From assembly GCA_963778655.1 (NCBI GenBank), contig CAVZVA010000001.1:25016-89015 (forward strand): a DNA stretch of 64,000 bases, given 5' to 3'. Below are positions 56,863-64,000 of this stretch, piece by piece. Under the pieces are notes generated by a model, which was not told the DNA's origin, searched no databases, and saw only the letters and a program-made list of their open reading frames with translations. This DNA is from an uncultured delta proteobacterium. GTDB lineage: Bacteria; Myxococcota_A; Polyangia; Polyangiales; JAFGIB01. Numbering within the stretch: position 1 is the stretch's first letter; each line of letters starts with the position of its first letter. Made by a program: the position numbers and the translations under genes.

Positions 56863-57708
56863 ATGGCGGTGGCGAGCATGCGCAAGCGGCTGGCGATGAC
56901 GGAGGCGGGGGCGGCGGGCGCGCTGCTGGCGGTGGCCCTGGCCTGCGCGGGTTTGCTGTTCGCGCAGCCACGCGCGGTCCCGCCGCTGGAGCTACCGAGC
57001 GTATCGCTACCGCGTGGGCCAGTGATGGCGGTGCTCCGCGCGGACGCGCGCGATGCGCGGTCGCTGCCGCCGGGCCCGCTCACGACCGAGCTGCAAGCGC
57101 TGTTCCTGAAGCAAGGCGAGGTCGAGAGCCACGGCAGCGAGGACACCAGCAGCTACTTGAACCGCCGCAAGGCGCTCGCGTTGCGCTACCGCGCGCTGGC
57201 CACTGAGGTCGGGGAACCACGCGCGCTGCACCTGCGCGCGTGGGCGGTCGAGCAGCTGGTGGCGGCGCTGCAACTCCGGCTGCCGATGCCGCGCGCGAAG
57301 GCGGTGCTGGGCGCCATGACCAGCGTGCTCGCACGCAACAGCCTCAGCCGCAACGGCGAGCTGGTGGCGCCGATGTTCGTGGTGCGCACGCTGTACAAGT
57401 CGCGCTGGAACATCTTGCACGGCCTCGCACCGGACCATGGCTTCGCTCGGGTGGAGCGGCGGGCGTACTACGGCTGGGAGGCGCTCGGCTCGGAGCGCGT
57501 GCCGCTGCAGCGGCGCATCGAATCACTGCGAACGTACGCACAGACCGGCGGCGAGCAGGTCGAAGAAGCGCTCGGGGTGCTGCTGTATCGGCTCGGCGAT
57601 TACCGCCAGGCGGCCAACGCGCTGCAGACCGCGTACCGCAAGCAACCCAGCACGCGTCTACGCAACTACGCGTTGGGTGCGCTCGCCGCTGCCGGGACGC
57701 GCGACTGA
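56863..57708 (+). CDS. Hypothetical membrane-anchored TPR-like protein
   Basis: N-terminal hydrophobic helix; C-terminal EALGVLLYRLGDYRQAANALQTAY TPR; start 56863-56896. Confidence 0.55.
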   Translation: MAVASMRKRLAMTEAGAAGALLAVALACAGLLFAQPRAVPPLELPSVSLPRGPVMAVLRADARDARSLPPGPLTTELQALFLKQGEVESHGSEDTSSYLNRRKALALRYRALATEVGEPRALHLRAWAVEQLVAALQLRLPMPRAKAVLGAMTSVLARNSLSRNGELVAPMFVVRTLYKSRWNILHGLAPDHGFARVERRAYYGWEALGSERVPLQRRIESLRTYAQTGGEQVEEALGVLLYRLGDYRQAANALQTAYRKQPSTRLRNYALGALAAAGTRD

Positions 57709-57883
57709 GCACGCAGGTGCGCGCCGGTACACGGGCGCCGCGGCGGCCAGGCCGGCGGCCGTGGTCGCAACGCTGAACCTGGTGCGCGCGAAAACCCCGC
57801 AGGAAACAGCGCTCGGGGCCCCGCGCTGGACACGGCAGGGGCGATTCCGTAGGCTAACCAGGTTCAGCGCGAGGAAGGTCGGG

Positions 57884-58672
57884 GTGCGCGTCAATCTCCG
57901 CAAGAGTCTGTTCATCCTCCCGAACCTGTTCACGCTTTCCAGCGTTTTCTGCGGGTTCTACGCGATCTCGCTGTGCGGCCCGGGCGCCAGCGACGACGAC
58001 TACTACCGCGCGTCGCTGCTGATCATCTTCGCGATGTTCTTCGACACCATCGACGGCCGCGTCGCGCGCCTGACGCGCACGCAGAGCGCGTTCGGCCTGC
58101 AGCTCGATTCCCTGGCCGACGTGATCTCGTTTGGCGTCGCGCCCGCCATCCTGGTCTACCGCTGGGCGCTCGCGCCGCTCGGGGTGGTCGCGGTGGTGGT
58201 GTGCTTCGGGTTCGCGGCCTGCGGCGCGATCCGGTTGGCCCGCTTCAACGTGCTGGCGATGTCGAGCTCCGGCGCGCCCAAGAAGCCCGACAAGTACATT
58301 CTGGGGCTGCCGATTCCGGGCGCTGCGGGCATTCTGGTCTCGCTGGTGGCCGCCAACCACGTGATCTCCGGCGCGCTCTCGAGCTCGCCCTTGCCGATCG
58401 TAGCGGTAGTGCTCGCGCTTTCGTTCTTCATGGTCAGCACCATCCGCTTTCGTTCGTTCAAGGATCTGCGGATGAGCTTCCGCACCGTGCTGCTGGTGGG
58501 CTTCGCGCTCGGCTCGAGCCTGGTGCTCGCGCTCAAGCTCCACATCGCCTTTGCGCTCGGCTGGCTGCTGGTCAGCTACGTGGCGATCGGTCTGGTCGAG
58601 TCGATCCTGCGCATGACGCGGCGCGCAGCCCGTGCCCGCGACCGCCGGCGCGAGGACGAAACGCCGGTCTGA
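57884..58672 (+). CDS. pssA: CDP-diacylglycerol--serine O-phosphatidyltransferase
   Basis: ILPNLFT...FCGFYAI, CDP-OH motif DTIDGRVAR...SAFG.QLDSLADVISFGVAPA, RLARFN, GLPIP. Confidence 0.93.
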   Translation: MRVNLRKSLFILPNLFTLSSVFCGFYAISLCGPGASDDDYYRASLLIIFAMFFDTIDGRVARLTRTQSAFGLQLDSLADVISFGVAPAILVYRWALAPLGVVAVVVCFGFAACGAIRLARFNVLAMSSSGAPKKPDKYILGLPIPGAAGILVSLVAANHVISGALSSSPLPIVAVVLALSFFMVSTIRFRSFKDLRMSFRTVLLVGFALGSSLVLALKLHIAFALGWLLVSYVAIGLVESILRMTRRAARARDRRREDETPV

Positions 58673-58681
58673 CTCGGGTCG

Positions 58682-60574
58682 TCAGGCCAGCAAGCGGCCG
58701 AGGGCGGCGAGCATCTCGTCCGGTAGGAAGGGCTTGGCCAGGAATACGGTGCGGGCGTCTGGCGTGGTTCGCACGTCGACCTGGTCGCCGGCGTAGCCGG
58801 ACATGCACAGGGCGGGCAGCGCGGGCTGCGCGTCGCGGAGCTTCTCCACCAGCTCGGCGCCGGACATGTCCAGCATCACCATGTCGGTGATCAGCGCGTC
58901 GATCGGCTGCCCGTGCACCGCGCTCAGCGCGGCCTCGCCGCTCTCCGCCTGCAGCACTCGGTAGCCGGCGTCGCGCAGTACCTGGGCCAAGACCTCGCGC
59001 ACCGGGCGCTGGTCCTCGACCAGCAACACCGTCTCGCCGCTTCCGGCGTGCGTCGCCAGTGCGTCCGCGCGCTCGGGCAGGATTGCGGGCAGGGCCTCCT
59101 CGGTGGTCGGCAGCTCGATCACGAAGCGCGCGCCCTCGCCGGCCGGGCTCTGCACCACGATGCTGCCGCCGAAGCGCCGCACGATGCCATAGACCACCGC
59201 CAGACCCAGCCCAGAGGCGCCGCTGCCTTGCTTAATGGTGAAGAACGGCTCGAACACCCGCTGCAGGTCGGCGGGGGCGATGCCGGCGCCGCTGTCCTGC
59301 ACCGAGAGCATGATGCGCCCGGGCCCCGCGTCCGCGGTGCGCAGCGCGATGCGGCCGCCCTCTGGCATCGCGTCGCGCGCGTTGATGGTGAGGTTGCGCA
59401 GCACCTGATCGAGCTGGCCCCGATCGACGCGGACCCGGGTTTGCGCCGCCGCCAGCTCGAGCTCGAGCGCCACCTCGGCTGGCAGCAAGGCGCGCAGCAT
59501 AGCTTCGTCCTGCGCGATGCAGCGGTGCAGATCCACCACCTCGGCCATGCGCACGCCCTTGCGGGCGAAGGCCAGCAGCTCTTCGGTCAGCAGCGCGGCG
59601 CGGCGGCCGGCCGCTTTGAGCTCCCGCAGCGAGTCGGACCCAGTCGCGTCCTCCTGCAGGCGCGTCTCTATGCGCCCGATGTGCGCGAACATGGTCATCA
59701 ACAGATTGTTGAGATCGTGCGCCATCCCCGCTGCCAGCGTTCCGATCGCTTCCAGCTTCTGCGCCTGACGCAGCTGCGCCTCGAGCGCGACCTTCTCGGT
59801 CACGTCACGACAACTGCACTCGGCCGCGGCCAGCTGGCCGTGCCCGTCGTAGAGCAGCACCGTGAGCTGCTCCATCCACACCCTGGCGCCGTCCTTGCGG
59901 ATCCAGCACAGGGTCTGGGGACGGCTCAGCTCGTCGCGCGCGTTCCCGCTCACCAGGCGCGTCAGGCGCTCGCGATCCTCGGGCGCGATCATGCGCTGGT
60001 ACGCCAGCGGGTCGGCGTACAGCTCGGCCGGCGAGTAGCCGGTGATCCGCTCGACCGAGGGGCTGATGTACTCGATCTCGGGGCTCGGCAGCAGGCGGTA
60101 ACGGGCGACGACGTCGCGCGCGTTCTCCGCGAGCATGCGGAAGCGATGCTCGCGCTCGGTCAGGGCCGCCAGCAGCTGGTGCTGCTCGGTCACGTCGCGC
60201 GCGCTGACCAGCAGCGCTCCGATCGCCGGGTTGCCGAGCAGGTTGTAGCCGACCAGGTCCAGCCGGCGGTAGTCGCCATCCTTGCGCCGCACCCTGACCT
60301 CGAAGCGCACAGTCGCCTCGGGCGCCGCGAGCAGCTCCGCCGCCGCTTGCTGGGTGCGCGCGAGGTCGTCTGCGTGCACGAGGTCGAGGCCGAGCACCCC
60401 GCGCAGCTCGTCGAGGCCATAGCCCAGCACGCGCTCGGTCGCGGGGCTGACGTAGCGCAGGATCAGGTCCGCGTCGGTGACCGCCAGCAGGTCGAGCGCG
60501 CACTCGGTCAGCTCCCGCAACCGCGGATCGCTGAGCTGCGCGTACAGGGCCTCCTCGCTCTGCCTCGGAGTCAT
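58682..60574 (-). CDS. Hybrid sensor histidine kinase (2 PAS + HisKA + HATPase + receiver)
   Basis: Two PAS/PAC (YVSP...LGY...EL, RKDG), QKLEAIGTLAAGMAHDLNN, N..INARDAM, D.GAGI, FEPFF, GLGL, LLVED...ITDMVM..KPF. Confidence 0.95.
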   Translation of the reverse strand: MTPRQSEEALYAQLSDPRLRELTECALDLLAVTDADLILRYVSPATERVLGYGLDELRGVLGLDLVHADDLARTQQAAAELLAAPEATVRFEVRVRRKDGDYRRLDLVGYNLLGNPAIGALLVSARDVTEQHQLLAALTEREHRFRMLAENARDVVARYRLLPSPEIEYISPSVERITGYSPAELYADPLAYQRMIAPEDRERLTRLVSGNARDELSRPQTLCWIRKDGARVWMEQLTVLLYDGHGQLAAAECSCRDVTEKVALEAQLRQAQKLEAIGTLAAGMAHDLNNLLMTMFAHIGRIETRLQEDATGSDSLRELKAAGRRAALLTEELLAFARKGVRMAEVVDLHRCIAQDEAMLRALLPAEVALELELAAAQTRVRVDRGQLDQVLRNLTINARDAMPEGGRIALRTADAGPGRIMLSVQDSGAGIAPADLQRVFEPFFTIKQGSGASGLGLAVVYGIVRRFGGSIVVQSPAGEGARFVIELPTTEEALPAILPERADALATHAGSGETVLLVEDQRPVREVLAQVLRDAGYRVLQAESGEAALSAVHGQPIDALITDMVMLDMSGAELVEKLRDAQPALPALCMSGYAGDQVDVRTTPDARTVFLAKPFLPDEMLAALGRLLA

Positions 60575-60701
60575 CCGCCGCGAGGCTGGGATAGGACCCG
60601 TCCGCTGTCAAACGCGGCGAGCGCCGCCCGCGCGGCCCGCCACGGGTGGAGCCGGCGCAGCGGTAATTCGGCTCACGTTCGCGGGGTGTTGCGCCCCGCC
60701 A

Positions 60702-61181
60702 TCACGCGTAGCGGGCTTCGAGCTGCCGCAGCGCGTCGAGCGCGGCCGGCGGGTTCATGCCCGGTCGGTCGGAGAACGCGTCGAACTGCACACCCACGTG
60801 GTAGAGCCGGCCCAGCAGGCGCTTGCACCAGCGGGTCTCGCCCTGCAACTCGAGCGGCTCGTCCAGACCGGGCACCCACAGCTGCAGCCGCAGCCTGCGC
60901 CCGCGCGCCACCGGCCAGCGGCACTCGAACGCGAGCCCACCCTTGCTCAGGTTCACCACGTCGCGGCGCTGCGACCAGAACGCGGGGAGCATGCCGAACA
61001 GCATCTCGCGCGTGTCGACCTCCGCGCCGCACACCTGGAACGGCTTGCAGGGCATGCGCACCAGGCTTCCCGGAACGGTGAAGCGGCGGTCGCGGCGGCG
61101 GTTCTCCGGGCGACCGCTCGGGCGCTCGGAGCGGACGCGCTCGGCCAGGGTTTGACTCGCGGTTTCGGTGGGGCTGTCCAT
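60702..61181 (-). CDS. PilZ domain protein
   Basis: RRRDRRF (RxxxR) and NLSKGG (D/NxSxxG), GETRW, VGVQF; RBS GGAGG. Confidence 0.85.
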   Translation of the reverse strand: MDSPTETASQTLAERVRSERPSGRPENRRRDRRFTVPGSLVRMPCKPFQVCGAEVDTREMLFGMLPAFWSQRRDVVNLSKGGLAFECRWPVARGRRLRLQLWVPGLDEPLELQGETRWCKRLLGRLYHVGVQFDAFSDRPGMNPPAALDALRQLEARYA

Positions 61182-61203
61182 GCGTTTCCTCCGCAGCCGA
61201 CGT

Positions 61204-61219
61204 TGCAGGCCGCGTGCCA
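61204..61219 (-). promoter_or_regulatory. Sigma54 (-24/-12) promoter upstream of the PilZ gene
   Basis: Minus strand TGGCACG-CGGC-CTGCA (GG-N10-GC), 22 nt upstream of the ATG. Confidence 0.6.
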
Positions 61220-61362
61220 GGGCGGTGCAGGGCCAGCGCAGGGCCGAAAACGCGCCGCCGCGGCCCGGCTGTGGCGCCCGCGTCCACGACCGTGGTCGAA
61301 AGCGCCACCGAGCGCGCCAGCCCAGTGCCGCGCGGGCCGAGGGCGCCCCACATGTGCGTGCT

Positions 61363-63060
61363 TCAGCGCGGCGCCGCGCCGCGCGCGCGCGCGTGCCGCG
61401 GGTTCTCGTACACGCTAATGATTGGCACTCCGTCGTAGGCCAGCACGTAGACCGGCCGCGTGGTTCCGTAGCTGGACCAGATCTGGACTTCGACGTCGAG
61501 GAAGTGCAGCTCGTGGTGCACGATCGCGTAGTCGGCGGTGGCGATATCGCGGGTCGGAACGATCGTGTGGGGCAGCAAGCCGTCGCGGGCGAGCATGCGA
61601 AACGAGGTCTCGGTGGTGTCACACACGTAGACCCTGCCGCCGTGTGGCAGGTGCTCGTAGAAAAAATCGACCAGGCTGCCGGTGGTGAAGCCCCAGAACT
61701 GCCGGTTCATCCCGCGGTCGGCCGCGCCCGGCACGAAGCCGGCGGCCATGCCGTAGTGCGACAGCCCGAAGGGATGGCTGTGGCGGGTCTCGACCGCGGC
61801 CGGCAGCAAGAGCAGCGCGCCGGCGCCGAGCGCGACCAGCGGTTGCGACATGCGCGAGCGCCCCGACTGGAAGGCGCGCAGCGCAAGAGCGAAGCCGTGG
61901 CCGGCGAACAGCGCCAGAAACGGATACGCGGTCAGCCAGTGCTTGGTCCCGCCGAAGATCGGCGTCGAAGGCAGCGCGATGACCAGCAGCGGCGCCAGCA
62001 CGGAGCCGAACAGCAGGCTGAAGGTGCACAGCGGGTCGTCGCCGCCCGCGGCCCGCGGCCCGCGCGCCAGCAGCGCCAAGATGCGCTGCAGCTCGCGCCT
62101 GCCCGCCGCGACCATTCCGGCAAGACCCAGCAGCAGCGTGGTCACCGGCACCGTGTACAGCGTCATCACCCACGGGAACGAGAACGGAAAGGGCGGCCAG
62201 AAGTAGTTCACCCCGAAGTACTCCATGTTGTAGTACTCGTGGTGCAGGTGAAACGCGGCGTAATCGCCGATGCGCTCCAGCGTGTGGTGCCACAGCCAAG
62301 GCCAGCTCCCGATGAAGATCGGCGGCCCGAGCAGCACCATCGCGAGCAGCCAGTATGGCGCGGCGCTCACGCGCACGCCCTGGGCCTCGGCACCGAGCGC
62401 GCGCCGCCGCCGTTGCAGCAGCGTGACCAGCGCGAAGTGGATGGCGTAGATGCCAGGCAGCAGCCAGCTGTTGTGCTTGCTCGCGAGCGCCAGGCCGAAC
62501 AGCACCCCGCACCACAGCGCCCAGCGCCGTTCGCGCAGCGAGCGATAGTAGGCGTAGGTGACCGCGGTCACCATCAGCGTGATCGGCACGTCGAAGGCGT
62601 CGAGGTGAGCGTGATAGAACACGCGCGGCATCAGCGCGAACGCGAACGCGGCGAACGCCCCGGCGCGGCGGCCATAGCAACGGGTGCCGAACACGTAGAT
62701 CAGCCACAACAACAGGCCGGCGGAGAGCATGCCCGGAAAGCGATAGGCCAGCGATTCGCGGCTGAACAGCGAAAGCTTCTGGTCGAGCATCGAGCTCAGC
62801 GCGAACAGCAGCTTCCACAGCGGCGGGTGCTCGTGGTTGACGGCGAAGTGGCGATCGATCGCGAGCGGCTGCAGCGCCGCGCCCGGGTCGTGTGCGAGCA
62901 GCGAGATCCAGCTGGCGTAGGACTGCGCGGCGACCACGTACATGCCCTCGTCCCGCGACAGACCGAGATCGGGCGCGCTGTACAGCAGTGCCGCGACGTA
63001 CAGCACGCACAGGGCCGCGCCGAACGCGTGATCACGACGGGTCGCGGGGGTCGGCCTCAT
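61363..63060 (-). CDS. GT-C glycosyltransferase (family 39/ArnT/PMT_2-like)
   Basis: RDEGMY, NHEHPPL.KL, YRFP, FDVP, GLALASKHN, many TM helices; ATGA overlap with the upstream gene. Confidence 0.88.
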   Translation of the reverse strand: MRPTPATRRDHAFGAALCVLYVAALLYSAPDLGLSRDEGMYVVAAQSYASWISLLAHDPGAALQPLAIDRHFAVNHEHPPLWKLLFALSSMLDQKLSLFSRESLAYRFPGMLSAGLLLWLIYVFGTRCYGRRAGAFAAFAFALMPRVFYHAHLDAFDVPITLMVTAVTYAYYRSLRERRWALWCGVLFGLALASKHNSWLLPGIYAIHFALVTLLQRRRRALGAEAQGVRVSAAPYWLLAMVLLGPPIFIGSWPWLWHHTLERIGDYAAFHLHHEYYNMEYFGVNYFWPPFPFSFPWVMTLYTVPVTTLLLGLAGMVAAGRRELQRILALLARGPRAAGGDDPLCTFSLLFGSVLAPLLVIALPSTPIFGGTKHWLTAYPFLALFAGHGFALALRAFQSGRSRMSQPLVALGAGALLLLPAAVETRHSHPFGLSHYGMAAGFVPGAADRGMNRQFWGFTTGSLVDFFYEHLPHGGRVYVCDTTETSFRMLARDGLLPHTIVPTRDIATADYAIVHHELHFLDVEVQIWSSYGTTRPVYVLAYDGVPIISVYENPRHARARGAAPR

Positions 63061-63998
63061 CGCGACTCCGACCCGGCCCTGTCGGCGGACCCGCTGCGCA
63101 CCTGGGCCGAGAAGCACAGGCTGCGACGGCGCGGGTCCTGCGCGCTGACCTCGAACGCCACTTCGCCGCGGCCGCCTTCGGTGGCGAGCTGCAGGCGCTT
63201 CCAGCCGTCGCCGTCGCGGTGCAGCATGCGGCCGGCCTCGCGCCCGTCGATCAACACCCGCACCAGCACCGGCCCGCCCTCGCGCATGCGCTCGTGCTCG
63301 TAGTACAGGCCGGCGTACAGCACGATGCGCCCACCCAGTGGCACGTCCGCGAACGCGACGCGCAGCGGCTCGCGCCCCGGCGGCGGCGCGTACACGCAGC
63401 TGCGCGGCTGCAGCGCCAGATCCTCCATCACCACGCTGCCCACCCACACCGCGGGCGTGGCTTCACAGGCGAAGCGTTGGCGTGGTGGCAGCACCCCGAC
63501 ACCCAGGCCGCCGCCACCGGGCGGCGGGTGGAGCCCGAAGCGACAGGGCTGCGCGCGGCCGCGCAGCGTCACGCTGACTTCAGCCTGGGGCAGGTGCTCG
63601 CCGAAGTCGTACAGGACGCGGCTCGGGCCGAGCGGCCAGCGCTCGACCAGCACGCGCCCGAAGCGCTGCTGCAGCGAGGCGGCGCCGGGGGGCGCCTCGC
63701 GCGGCCGGGCACCGCGGATCGAGAGCGCCCACAGCCGCTGGTAGCGCGCGGTGTCGCTACGGCCGGCCATCGCGAGGTCGATCCTGTCGCCGAGCACCTC
63801 GCGCAGCAGCGGATCGGTCCAGCGCGGCGCGGACACCAGCAGGTCGCCCGGAGCCAGCCGGGCGCGCACGAACGCCGCGGCCGCACGCCAGTCTCGCATC
63901 TCGGGCACGCGCGCGACCGCCAGCGCATGGGCAGCCACCTCGAGAAGGGCAAATCCGAGCAACGCGATCAGCGGCACCGCGGTCAGGTCGCGCTTCAC
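63057..63998 (-). CDS. Hypothetical membrane-anchored periplasmic protein (GT-associated)
   Basis: N-terminal TM helix, DWRAAAAFVRARL.PGD, beta-rich C-terminus; translationally coupled to the GT gene. Confidence 0.6.
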   Translation of the reverse strand: MKRDLTAVPLIALLGFALLEVAAHALAVARVPEMRDWRAAAAFVRARLAPGDLLVSAPRWTDPLLREVLGDRIDLAMAGRSDTARYQRLWALSIRGARPREAPPGAASLQQRFGRVLVERWPLGPSRVLYDFGEHLPQAEVSVTLRGRAQPCRFGLHPPPGGGGLGVGVLPPRQRFACEATPAVWVGSVVMEDLALQPRSCVYAPPPGREPLRVAFADVPLGGRIVLYAGLYYEHERMREGGPVLVRVLIDGREAGRMLHRDGDGWKRLQLATEGGRGEVAFEVSAQDPRRRSLCFSAQVRSGSADRAGSESR

Positions 63999-64000
63999 GG

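Overview
High-GC bacterial DNA. The gene content (Myxococcus-type Cys-rich repeat protein, PEGA protein, FHA-CpaF fusion, many lipoproteins with Gly/Ala/Thr linkers) suggests Myxococcota, probably Polyangiales; this is an inference. There are about 50 CDS. Most are housekeeping (dnaK, lhr, moaC, trxB, gluQ, gloB, rsmD-coaD, PIN-PhoH, prkA/yeaH/spoVR, cysQ, fbp, moaD-moaE, pssA); the rest are surface lipoproteins and GT-C glycosyltransferases. I saw no rRNA, tRNA, CRISPR array, integrase or transposase. The most unusual region is 37986-43165, where about 5.2 kb separates prkA from yeaH-spoVR. It carries four arms of one GC-rich structured repeat (96-120 bp copies, about 82-94% identical by hand alignment, alternating orientation). 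These arms bracket a methyltransferase and a lower-GC, internally deleted KAP-NTPase-like gene, and are followed by a sulfotransferase and an atypical AdoMet decarboxylase. Other points of interest: a 169-bp CTAG-bounded MITE-like hairpin (31849-32017), a Cys-rich lipoprotein pseudogene with five lesions, a frameshifted lhr, a diheme cytochrome c-rhodanese fusion, a degenerate FHA-CpaF ATPase, a 136-bp convergent gene overlap and many apparently leaderless promoters. Product calls come from motif recognition, not database searches, and most start codons are best estimates.
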